Below are positions 39,086 through 52,276 of a stretch of 64,000 bases of DNA, in pieces. A program made the position numbers and the translations under genes. Source of the DNA: Paragordius varius (taxonomy: Eukaryota; Animalia; Nematomorpha); the NCBI GenBank assembly GCA_964247055.1, contig OZ176059.1:1364001-1428000 (forward strand), written 5' to 3'. The notes beneath the pieces are model-generated. The model was not told where the DNA came from and searched no databases. It saw only the letters and a list, made by a program, of their open reading frames with translations. The first letter of the stretch is position 1. Every line of letters begins with the position of its first letter.

Positions 39086-39571
39086 ATGGTAAAAGCGCTT
39101 TATTATAAATAGGGTAAACATACTAAAAAAGTTGGAATAACTGGAAAATACGGTACCCGTTATGGTGCTTCCTTACGTAAAACTATAAAGAAGATGGAAA
39201 TTACCCAACACAGCAAATATATTTGCGTTTTTTGTGGAAAAGTATCTTAATAAACCTAAAAAATTAGAAAAACATGAAAAGGAGTTGTGTTGGTATTTGG
39301 GGCTGTAAAAGTTGTAAAAAGAAGGTTGCTGGAGGTGCTTACGTTTACAGGTAAATTTTTTTACAATAACGATGTATATTTTGGTGATTAATTATATATG
39401 CAGATTATATTATAACCCACATGTAAAAAACCCAATAATTAGTTATCTGAATTTTAGTTTTATCTATATTATTGGTACCTATTTGTATATTTTTTTATAT
39501 CAAATAGTTCAAGTGCCGCCGCTAGCGTCAGGAGTGCCATTAGACGTTTGAAAGAATTGAAAGAATCATAA
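39086..39571 (+). CDS. RPL37A: 60S ribosomal protein L37a (eL43), 92 aa. Exons: 39086-39088, 39113-39241, 39268-39350, 39508-39571
   Basis: [92 protein letters not shown], with the C4 zinc ribbon. Exon sizes 3/129/83/64 sum to 279 nt. Introns are 24, 26 and 157 nt, all GT-AG. AATAAA at 39604. Missed by the ORF track. Confidence 0.97.
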
Positions 39572-40732
39572 TCTTGTTATCAGTTTCTATTGTTGGTTAT
39601 TATAATAAATTATGTTAAATTGTTATAAATTCATTATATAGGCTCAATACTTGCTCTATAAGCATTTAATTTTTATTGCTTTATACCCATACGTGTTATA
39701 TTTTCCCCAATTTAATTTCTTTTATGTAAACCAAGATATTTTAAAATGCCAATCGTTACTTAATTTTTTTCATAAAACATTTGTCTAAAAAATATATAAA
39801 TAGCGATTAAATTTCAATACAGACGAACGTTTAATATATTGCATCAAGTGCGAAAAAAATTATGCGACAATTAAAAATGAGGAAAAACTTCCATGTAACG
39901 ATTATACAATATGCTTAATTCTGAAGAGGTTTGTTTGATTTTAACATTCAAATTTAACCCCTTTCTCTTAAAAAATAACCTAAAATATTCGAAAAGCTAA
40001 TGCAAAATATACTATATTCAAAAAAAATAATTTTAACGTCTGAACCTAAATTACTTTAAATATGATATGTCGCTATTATGCCTAGCCACAAAGTAAAACT
40101 TTTATTAGGTAATATGTTTTTCTGTTTTACTGCAGTGGCATCTAATTTGTAATCAAACCGCGGCCCTAAAAGTGCTTTTTTATGGCCATGATTTATCTAT
40201 AATTTTTTTCATATGCAAGTGTGTCAAACAGTTATGAAATTATTACCGGTATAATATGGTGCATGGACCTTGTGCAAATTTTGCCCTGTAAATTTTTTCG
40301 CTAATCGCAAGAGTTTTTGCAAAAACATTTAAAATGTAAAGTCTCTACCCCAGTTTTCTTTATGAAAAGTTTATACACAAAAAATGTTGTTATATGACAT
40401 CCTCAATTGATTCGAAGTGTAGCAGACGACATTAACTCAATTTTTATAAAACAAAAACAACCGCACAAATCTGGTACTTAGTCAAAATATAATTTTAGAG
40501 TCACCTATTTAGCGAGGAACTTGATATATTACTAATACAGTATATAAAGACAACGTAAAAATATATTTTTAAAGTTTAAAATATATGGTTTCCATTTTTT
40601 TTTGAAATAAAAACATTTACAATTATTAATTTTTACTGTATAATAAACGCTCGCACATTTTTTTGCGTAAAATGTTTATAAACTTTTTAGATCATAATCT
40701 CCAGAGTCGTACCTTAGATATAAGGTTTGAAG

Positions 40733-43700
40733 CAGGGCTTGGAACCGGAACCCGGTTCCTTGGATTTTGAAAAGAACCGGTTCCATTGAGATGGAATGCG
40801 GTTCCGGTTCCGGTTGCACCTCCTTAATTATTGGCCATGTGATATTTATTAAAAAAATTATTTTATTATTTAAATTTGAATGTACCACTACATATTACAT
40901 ACTTCAAACTTTTAACCTAAAACTAAGCCCCTAATGTTATATTAGCGACATTCTCAGAATTTTGGGCGATTCGGCTCTTCTAAAAAATCTTATAGTATCT
41001 TAAGTTTATTTATTAAACATATGTTCGTATATATAGGTCTCCGTTGAAAGGAGTTTTTTTACCCTTAATTTTCTTTTCAGACCCGAGAAGCAGTTTGACC
41101 AGCGATTTGCTTGGTGCAATAATTAAAGTTAAATAAAAATTTTTTAGATTCATACTTAATTTAACACTCATTATATACCTTTGTACTTTTATATGTTTGA
41201 TTTGTTTTATTTATTCTACTATATATTTTTTTCACTATATATTTGGAATATAATAAAGTCCCATGTTCGAATAAGTATTCTTACGTCTTTATGCTTAAAT
41301 CCTTATGCCTACATTTTTATCTTTAAATCCTTATGCGTACGCTTATGCTTACATTTTTGAATAAAAACCATACATACATTATAAGTCTGCTAGGTAGACT
41401 TATTAAAATTTCAAAGTGGCATAACTTTAAAAATATCGCGAATTTTTTAATTCCGTAAATTGGAAGATAGAAAGTAAAGTATATTTAAGAAATAAAATAT
41501 AGGTTTGAGTAATGTTGTTTCAATCTTTTGGCATTGAAAGGGGTTTACACAACCCCTGTTAAAAAATAGATAAATCCTAAAACATCCATGCAAAATCAAA
41601 AGTTTTTTAGAAGAAATAGGTACGCATTCCAACTATATTTTTTGGATTTTTTTGAGTTATCAAAATTGAAATTTGCATACTTCGTGAAATAAAAAATTCT
41701 ACCCAGTTTTAAATTTTTTAAATTGGAGGCCAGAAAATCTGTATATATAACAAATAATCTATAGGTTTTAGAAATTTCGATCTCTTACACATCATAGTTA
41801 ACTAAACCGCTTTAAAAAATATATCTCTAACACACATGTAAAATTCATAGTTTTTTAGAAGGTGTGCAAATGATTTAACTATATTTTTTGGATTTTGATG
41901 TCATGGCGATTGAAATATTTGCGCCCTTTTTGCATTTTAAGGATAAAGCCTTGAAGATTTTACCCATTTTATTGGATATTTAAAATATTTATCTAGCATG
42001 TATAAAAATAATATTTTTTGACAATAAATATATGTATTTGGAATTTTGTATATCGTTTTTTTTATCTTGCAATGGTCTAAAAATTATTTCTATCCACAGT
42101 GCACAAAACTGGAGGCTATAAAAATATCCTAATATATCAAATATATTGCATATTAGGAATGTCATGGTGATTTTGGTTTTAAGTCTAGCGAATAATTTAG
42201 AGTTTTATCCAATTTTGTGGTATTTGTTCCTTATCGAAAAGTTTCAAATTAGGCAAATTTATTTTTTGGTGAAATTTAAATGTTTCCCTTTAAAAAAATC
42301 ATTAATTTATAAACTATATTTTATAACCAAAATGAAGTTTACAATTTTAAGCGTAGACTCCAAAAGTCACAAATTTTTAAACCCCTAAAATTTCCCCGAA
42401 TTTAAAGCAAAAGCTAATCAAAATTTTGAGGTGATAGAAATGTTAAGCATCATCAAATTATATATAAAAGGTGTTTTTGTATATATTAACGCACCATAAA
42501 ATACGATAAAAATTGCCAAAATTTAAGAAAAAACTATTATATTGTCAAATTCTAGTTTTTATGAAAAATGTTATTGCGCATCGGTTTTTTTCAAAAAACT
42601 GGCCCATTTTGGAGAAGTCCAAATCCAACTTTTGGAGTCTATGCTTAAAATTGTAAACTTCATTCTGGTTTTTAAATATAGTTCATAATTTTATGATATT
42701 TTTAAAGGGATGCATTTAACTTCAAAAATTTATATTGCCTAATTGGCAACTTTTCGATAAGGAACAAATACCACATGCATAAAACTCTAAATGATTCGTT
42801 AGACCTAAAACCAAAATCACCATGACATTCCTAATATGCAATATATTTGATATATTAGGATATTTTTAATAGCCTCCGATTTTGTGCACTGTAGATAGAA
42901 ATAATTTTGATCTTTGCAAGATCGAAAAAATGATATAGCTTCATCCTCAAAATGTAAAAGGTGTGCAGATATTTCAATCGCCATAACATCAAAATCTAAA
43001 AAATATAGGTAAAACATTTGCACATCTTCTAAAAAACTTTGGATATAACATGTGTGTTCCAGATATATTTTTTTGAAGCGGTGTAGTTAACTATGATGTG
43101 TAAGAGATCGATGCAATTTCTAAAACCTAATTATTTGTTGTATATACAGATTTTCTGTCCTCCAATTTAAAAAATTTAAAAACTTGGTAGATTTTTTTAT
43201 TTCACGAAGTATGCAAATATTTCAATTTTGATCACTCAAAAAAATACAGCTGAATAAAACGCCTACCTTTCTAAAAAACATTAATTTTGCATGGATGTTT
43301 TAGGATTTATCTATTTTTTAACAGGGGTTGTTTAAACCTCTTTTAATGCCAAAAGATTAAAGCAACATTACACAAACCTATCTATTATTTGTTAAATATA
43401 CTTTACGTTCTATCCTAATTTACAGAATCCCAAAATTCGCAATATTTTTAAAGTTATGCCATTTTGAAATTTCATTAAATCTACTAGGAGCAGATTTATG
43501 AGGATGTATAATTTTTATTCAAAAATGTAAGCCTAAGGACGTAAGTAATACTTACCCGAACATGAGTCAAATTGTTTGATTTATAATTGTTAATAATTTG
43601 GTCTTATTTTTATTATAATAATGTTAAAAAATCATTTAGTCAAAAGTCAAGAACCGAAAATGGAACCGGTTTTAAATGTAAAGAACCGGTTCCGGAACCG

Positions 43701-43763
43701 CTAAATTTTTAAGGAACCAACGCGGTTCCGGTTCCACTTGTTTTTTCCCGGTTCCAAACCCTG
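40733..43763. mobile_element. 3.0-kb non-autonomous hAT element
   Basis: TIR CAGGGCTTGGAACCGG / CCGGTTCCAAACCCTG. Flanks GTTTGAAG and GTTTAAAG (7 of 8 match). Dense subterminal GAACCGG/CCGGTTC repeats at both ends. Confidence 0.88.
41258..43569. mobile_element. 2.3-kb foldback element (family G) with ~1-kb inverted arms, nested in the hAT element
   Basis: ~41258-42375 is the imperfect reverse complement of ~42620-43569, e.g. ACAACCCCTGTTAAAAAATAGATAAATCCTAAAACATCCATGC versus GCATGGATGTTTTAGGATTTATCTATTTTTTAACAGGGGTTGT. The spacer is ~250 bp. Confidence 0.9.
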
Positions 43764-43971
43764 GTTTAAAGGGGAATATCTTGGTTTTTTTTTAACACAA
43801 ATGTATCATAACTGCAGACATCTAGAGCTCTTTTTTTGTATTATGATGGAGTTTTCTTCATAAGTATTTTTGGGTTAGAGTGTTTAATAAACTAACCTGC
43901 AAATAATTGATTTTTGAGTGTTTTAGAGTAAAACATTTGATTAATTATTAAGATGAATTAATAATGTTGTA

Positions 43972-44042
43972 CCATTTGCACTTTAGGTCGGTCCTTTAAT
44001 ACTTCAAATTGGTCCTAGAATATTTCAAGTTGGTCCTTGGTA
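43972..44042 (+). mobile_element. Decayed left arm of the CCATTTAC/21-bp element
   Basis: TA|CCATTTGCACTTTAGGTCGGTCCTT followed by degenerate TTCAA(A/G)TTGGTCCT units. Confidence 0.6.
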
Positions 44043-45253
44043 CAAATACTGTTGGGTATGAAATAAAATTTTTCGATTGAAAATGTTGATTTTAAATGAA
44101 ATAACATATAAAAAATAAAGATATTAGATTAAAAGTTGATAGGATAGATATATTCATAGACAAATTTGATTCAAACATAAAATGTAAGACAGTTTTAAGT
44201 GCTAAAGACAAACTTGGGGTACAAATGATTTATATATATATATATATATATATTTAGACCAGTGATACTCACCAAAAAATGTTCAGTGACCAATAAAATT
44301 TTTATTTCTTCTCAAGGACCGTGAACCATAACAGAAAAATATAGCACAGCTGCTTGGAACATATGCATATTTGCATTGTAATTAAAAATGTAATTCAGGC
44401 TTCTAAAAGCACTTTTAGAACCGTTTGTAGTTAGTAGGCCTGGGTTTGCGTACAACTATATTAAATATTACGGATGTATTCACTCACTTTGAGAATTTTA
44501 TTATTAAAGTTTTTGTAATCCTGTTTTTAAAAACCTAAACTTTTGGGTCGATAAATGCGAATCAACACTATCATATGTTTATTTTGTAACAAAATACAAC
44601 CAAGTAGTACATGTATATAAGAATATATATATATATATATATATATATTTACATAATATGATAACAAAAAACATGGTAAATATAAATCATATATCATGAG
44701 AAAGAAATGCTCCCAATTAATTATTTGAATCATCCATATACATATATAGATATATAACAAAAATGGTTTTAAGTTTTAATATCGTATGGTGGGTAATATA
44801 ATATAACAACAATATATACAGTAAAAATTGAAATTAAGCGGGAAAAATTGTATAGATTAAAAGACAAATATTTATTATAACAAAAAAACCATACTTTCAT
44901 AAACCCTGATAAAAATCATGATTTAAAAAATATGGTCCTTTTTTCAATAAGATTATTTGCCTTTTTGTTTTTACGTTTTGTGAGCATAATTTCATTTTTT
45001 ACTGTATACGTATAATGGTTTAACAACACATTGTAAAAATCTTTGCTGTTGGGCCGGTTGATTACAAGAATAGGGTTTATCATTTATGTGATTGTTTTAA
45101 TATATATGGATAATTTGATGAGACGACTTTTATTTCAATGTATAAGACATATATTAACAATAAACAGAGCTCATGTTTAGAGTAATAACTTTTTTGGGAA
45201 GTTTTGCATAAATATGTTTACAATAGCTTTAGGTTGGTGTAGTTAATGTTGTT

Positions 45254-48200
45254 CTATTTGTTTTGATGAGAAAACCCACATTTATCACCAAGCCTGCAAC
45301 CTTGATAAAAAATAAGAAATTTAATTATAATTCAATTAACATGTAAAATGGATAGCTATCTAACTTCTCTTCTTATCCACATATAATGTACCAACCCCCT
45401 TTGATAAAATATGTTTAATATTGTGGAATTTTTGTATAAGTACTAATTGATCATTAGTTTTTTAGTTTATAGGTATTTGTATTTAATGATATTTCAATTT
45501 TTTACATATATGAAAAGGAACACAAAACTTATTTAACAGTTTTTTTAATGGGTGCCCCCTTTAAAATCCTATCATATATCTTGTCAACTAAAAACTCAAT
45601 GAGAGGGAGGGGGAAAGGGGCACTGATTGCAAATTTTTATAAAAAATGATCAAAATATATATAAAACGATATATTATTTAATTCACGCATTATACCTATA
45701 ACAATCGAAATAAAGCCACAAACTATTTTGTTTTCATTATTAATAAAGGGTCTGTTATGGAAAAAAATAAGGATAAAAATCATACTTCCAGCTTTAAAAT
45801 GTTTACAAATTTGAACATTTTTGTATGGGCGCATAGGAATTTGATTTCGATAACCGGTATTCAACATACCTATATAAAGGGTAACGATAAAAATATGTTA
45901 AATTATATTATATATTTTACTGTGCTCGTAAAATAACTATAAGCATATTATTTAAGCATTATAAACCAGAGTAACATTAATAGGGGAAATCTTTAAACAA
46001 CGTAGGGTTAGTTAAGTTTTATAGGTTATATATATAGATAAACAATCAAAATTCAAGGCATATGTTTGTCCTTAAAATTTATTTTAAATAATGTTATAAA
46101 ATAAATAATTTTTTAAAACTATACTTTTATATTTAACTTATAATTCACTCTTAACATTTATAAGTAACCTTCGAACATTTCAAATTCACCCTAAAAATAA
46201 CTTTATGTGGATATTAAAATGTCCAAGTCTCATTATAAAAGTAAGGTTAAATTTTCAAAGTCCAAGGGAGAATATAAGATGCATTATAAAACAATTATTA
46301 TAATTGCAAAAAACCAGTTATAACCGATAATAACCACATTCATAAGCAGAAAAATCGGACCGACTATTATTTTTGTCCTACAGTAAAATATTCAGCGTTA
46401 ATTTTAATAATAAAAATAATGCATATAAACTTGATTGCATACTAGCCAAAGAATTTTGTACAAGTGGGTTCGGGAACCTCATAGATGTTGCCATGGGGTG
46501 ATGTTTATTTGCAAGTAAGCTATATAGACAAATTAATATATGAAAAAATATAGGGAAATAGATAAAACACAATACAAAACCATGAATTTTTGATGTAAAA
46601 TTTTATAAAGACAAATAAATTTTTAATTATAGACAGTCATTATTTAAACCCCATTTTTCTTATTAAACCTTTATTATTGCAATTAACTATTAACTCTATA
46701 ACCCAAGATAAGTTAAGTAGAAATAAATCGAATATGTTTTTTAAAAAATCATTAATATTACTTTGCTGCATTCATCATCATAAAATTGGTTGTGGGGTTG
46801 AGTTGGCCCGTCATGGGATTCGGGTTTCGCACTAAAAAATATTATTTTAGTATATAAAAAAAACAAAAAAACTGTAATATTATCATTTAAGAGCTTTTTC
46901 CGTACTATTATCTATATGGTTGTCAAAACTCTTTTTGAAAAACTTGATTATTAAACTATTTTATATCGCTTTAAATGATTGAAATATATTCAATCCCCAA
47001 AAAATATAAAAAATTTTAGGTTGTCATTGTATAATTACAGACATTAACATATAAGGTAATCAAAAACTAATTAATAACCAGCGTATAATATAGATATTTT
47101 ATCATTGTTGCTTAAACTATAATTTAACTTTGATTGCAAAAAAAATAAATTACACACGGCACACGCTACTGTAAACATGAATATAAAAGTATTAAGTCAA
47201 TAAAAATTTTTATATAGGGATAAAACACCATAAGAAATATTTTAACTCTAAAATCTATTTATTGATTAGTCAAATATAAAATTTGAATAAGTTATCAATT
47301 TACATCTCTCTTACTTTATATGAAAAATTCAAAGGTTTTAAAAAATAGGTTCCCCCTACATTATAAAAATATTTTTTTTAGGTTATGTCTTTATTATATC
47401 TTAGTATAAAAGTTATATACAAACTTGTATTGTTAAACATGGTTGGAACCATATTATTTCCAGGAATTAAATTAGGCGTATTTAGATGGTGATTATTTAT
47501 TGTATTATTGTTCATAACAAGACTGCTCCTATTCCCACCATACATATTTATAGCACTATTGTGCATAATATTAGCAGCCATATTATTATTATTATTATTA
47601 TTGAAACTATTAAATACCATTGAGTTATTATTGCTAAAATTTGAGGGTATATTATTAAAAAATGGTGACTGGTTAGATTGTGTTTGATTCATTATTAAAG
47701 TGTCTCTTTTTTGCTGTAATTCTTTCTCAGAACTATTCATAGAGTTTTTTGTCATAGTATTAATTACATCTTGAGCAAATGGATTTGAACTATCCACAAC
47801 TCTCGAAGCATCGGTGAACGATGAAACATTTTGTGTAATAATAGGAGGATTTACACTTATAGATGTAGTAATATTAGGGTGATGATGGTTTTTATAATAA
47901 GGGGTGATTCCAGACGCATCTATATATATATATATATAATATATTAATATACCTACTGTAGTCACAAGTTTTTAATATGTTAACCAAGTGAAACAGCGAA
48001 AAGTACGCAGACGATCAATTTGATACAGACCTCATTTTATTTATCTAACATTAAAAAACACACACCGAGTATACCAAAAACTAGTGCCTTACTTTTATCA
48101 TTCAGTAACCATGTCAAATTTTGTGCCTGAAAAAGTAAATTTGCGGCACACATTGCCATCAGAAGAAAAAGCATGTTGAAAGGTATCGTTTGGTAGAAAC

Positions 48201-51200
48201 ATATGATGAACATCGATTAACACAAGAGAAACATGGGTTCGAAATATCCTTATCACGTAAAAGAGCGTGAATACATTGGTAGAGCACGTAGATGTCGAAA
48301 TGCAAAAGTTATTAGATGATGATCAAAGTTAAACAGAACAATGGCAGAGGCATTACATGTAAAAACAATTAATAGATGTCTAAGAGCAATGGAAACCAAT
48401 AAACTCGGTAAATGGGTCCACAAAATTTGGGTGAACGTCAAATCGAAAATCGTAAAAAGACTTGTGCAGCTTCAATCTCACGAATGGAAAGCATTTTCAT
48501 CAAATTATAAGAAAGGAGGTAAATTTATTTTGTAAATCATACGCTATCACCAACAAATAATCTAGATCATGCATTGATAAACCAGATTTGGCCAAAAGAC
48601 ATGGCAAAACAATTTTGCTATATTGCTTCAACTCACATGGCGAAACCAATAAAAGAAACCTTGATTACTTCGATGAGAAATTCTTTCGCATCCTCTAAAC
48701 TCTCCTGATCCAGAGCCATTTGACTAATACAACTTCGCATCAATGGTCACACCCTCGTAAAGAGCACCTTAATAATTTCGAAAACATTAAAAAATGGCTG
48801 ATGAATGGTTTTTCGCAAAAGACATCAATTTTCTGGCACGGCAATATATTACCATATAGACGGGTAAAATAAGTAAAATCTGATGTACAATATTTTAAAC
48901 AAAACAAATTGATTTCCCTACCAAAAAAACGGTAAAAATGACTAAGCCTGATATATGCGCATAAACAGTAAGATTATCAGTTATATGTGAGTCTAATTTA
49001 TTCGAAAAATAATCAGAATAAAAGAAAGTAAGTATGAATTCGCTTGCTAAATACATATGTTAAAATAAATCAGAACCCCCCCCCCCGCCCCCCAAAATAA
49101 AAACTGCTTCTCCAATAGCAAATTAAAATACCCTTAAAACCAATAATATGTCTATTTAATGTACATCTGGAATGATATATTTTAGTGATTTTTGAAAATT
49201 AATTAATGATGTACTTAAAAGATGAGAAAAATTTTTAATGTGATAAATTTATGTTTCGCATTTAACAAGTAAAATTAAATGCCTGAGGAGATTTTTTTAT
49301 TAGTTATTATACATCTTTTGCTCTGGTGCTTAATTATAGAATGCGTAAATTAAAATAGATATATTCGGAATTCGGAAAAATATAAAGAATGTTGTTTAAT
49401 AAAATTTTTATAAATCAGAAAAAAAACTAATATTAATTAACCTTTAATTCTTTTGGCTGATGCGTCCGATGCGTATTGATTGAAATCAGAGGTTTTTTTC
49501 TGTACAAATAATAATTATAAGAGATGAACTTTTGTAAATATTACTAAAAATAATAAATACCCGCAAAAATTAAAAAAATCAAATATATATACCAAAATTA
49601 TGTTTTTTAATGAGACAAAAACATTTTGAAAATCACAATTGCTAATATATAGGATACTTACTTTACGTGAAGGTAATTGATAGGTGCGATAATCCATAAC
49701 ATTGCTCGGATTCTCCTATTAATATATCAAATTATATAGAATTTGCTCTATAAATTTTATAAAATATAGTTTATTAGTTAATACATACATATTTAGCCGT
49801 GCCTTAATTATTCAAATTAAAAAATTTCAGTTTTTTACAAAATCTAACCTTTGGAATTTCGTCCAAAAAAATTGTAACACTTTCTTCATAATTTATACAT
49901 TATGTGATTAAACATTAAAAATGTTTAATCACATAATACCACCATTATTTTATCCTATATAACAAATAAATCAATATCCGAAAAAAATTGATCGGTTATT
50001 ATTAGTCGCGGACCTAAATGTCTTCATAATTGGTCAAACTTCAATATGCCATAAAAATTAAAATGAAAAAGCAAAAAGTAAAAACTAAAAGGATAATAGT
50101 TTTTTGACAAAGACAATTAAATCAAAAGGATACACTATTATTTACAGTGTTAAGTTTACATTGCTAGAAAGGTATTAATTATTGCCAAATATATACAACA
50201 AAGGGCAGTATTATTAACTTAAGTTATTTTTTTCACTTTTTATTATTATTTGTCAATAATAAGATTCTTTGTTGTATATGCTATTTGACAATAATTTATA
50301 ACTTTCTGCAATATATACTTACTCATATTGTAAATCGGTATCCCTCAATTACATATTATTATAAAATTATTATAATATAGTATAAGTTATATATAAAATC
50401 AAGGTTTTTAAAAGGTATGTGTCTTTATATGAATTTTACGTTTTATATTCATAAAAATGTACAAAATCAATCGTAAAATTTTGTACTCACATCATTTAAA
50501 GGTATAATAGTTGGTAGTCTAGCTCCACCAACAGTATTTGATTCTTCACCAAAAGACGTAAGGGGTAGGGTAGTTTTGAATTGAATCACATTTTTTTCCC
50601 GGCTTTGAAAACCGGGGTTAGGTAACAACGCTGAAAAACCGGTCAAGAGAGCTGGCCGTCTCCACGTGGTCATGGGAAAGGTGGCGTTTAATTTGGTCAC
50701 TTCATCACTCTAAAGTATACATACAGTCATGTATCCTCTTTATTTTATCTAAAATTTATTTTTTTTTTCGTTAAATGGGTGCGTATAAATATTTGGTAAA
50801 GAATGAATGAAAAGTTGTACTGATTGTAAATGTGAAAAAGTTCATTGGTGTTAAAGTTTAAACCATTTTGTTCAAGAGAACCTATAATAAACTCTTTCTA
50901 TTGTTGGCCGCATAACGTCAAATTCATTTCATGAAAAAAAAATTTTTTTTACTGTAAAAATATTAATTTAAAAAAGAGAGTTTTATAAAATAAAATATCA
51001 TTACAGTTCAAATTCACCCTAAAAATAAATTATGTGTTTTCAAAATAATATAACTCATTATTAATATAAAATGTATCTTCATGGCGTAGTTTATTATTTT
51101 TTCAGTATTATTTTAATTAAACAAAATTTTATTTCTTAAATATAGGCAATTAATCTTAAAAAACATATAATTTATTTGAAAATGAATTTGAATTGTTTGA

Positions 51201-52238
51201 GGAATATAGGTGGAATTGAATTGTTTAAGGGTGAATTGAATCGTAAATGATATATATATATATATATACTAGTATTATGTAAAAGACATTTAAAACAAAT
51301 TTTTGTATTACCATATTAATAAAATGAAATCAAATTCGTTTTAATAATCAAAAATATGCCACTAAATCATATAAATGCTTGTTTTAAAAGGAAAAAAAAA
51401 GCTTTTTTTCAAACCCAAACATATATACATGTTATATAAAATGTGTACCATTTTATGCCTACGTCGCTGTTTCATAATGTCAAACGCTTTACGTTCCAAC
51501 GCTATTTCATTCCTCATCCGGCGAACAAATTGACCATGAGGGCCTACAGTTAAATTTTCATCTTCATGTCCTATCTCCCCATCATCATTTACATCATTAA
51601 TTAAATTATCGTCGCTATTAGTGTGTTCAAGGTTATTATCATCACTTTTATCACAACTAGCGTTTTTTGGTGACATATAATCCAGCAATGTGGGTAAAAC
51701 AGATGGCATATTCATTTGTCCGGTTTTGCTTGCGGATGATAACTCATCCATCTGTTTTTGATGATAAGTCGCACTTGTGAGAGATAGGTCCCCGAAACAG
51801 TATCCTACGCATTGATTAATGACATAGATGGACAATGTGGAAAAAACGTTACCGCAAATTGATTTTAAATGACAAATTATGTATAAAAATTTTACATGCG
51901 AAAAAAGTGTTTTGAAATTCAAAATACAAGAAACTTCAAATAAAAATCTTAACACAATAAATAATGTGTTTCGCTTTTAAAGTTTTCTAAAGGTTATAAA
52001 TACAGTCTACAATTTTGTGCTACATATACAAAATTATTATTCATATAAACGTGAGCAGTTATAATCTTTAAAATATTTTTAAAATAGTTAAGAAAATGCA
52101 AAAAACTTATAACCATCAAACCTCTTTCATTTTCATCAAGTTCAAAGTAATATGTTTGATCCAATTGATTATCTGCTTTGAATCTTACTCGATAATTGGA
52201 TGAGATTTTTCCGCTACTTTTTTCACCACTGTCTAATG

Positions 52239-52276
<38 letters not shown>

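Noticed and set aside
48253-48535. ORFs 48341-48535 (+) and 48253-48441 (-) as independent genes
   Set aside because: A fragment and the antisense of the dead mariner transposase.
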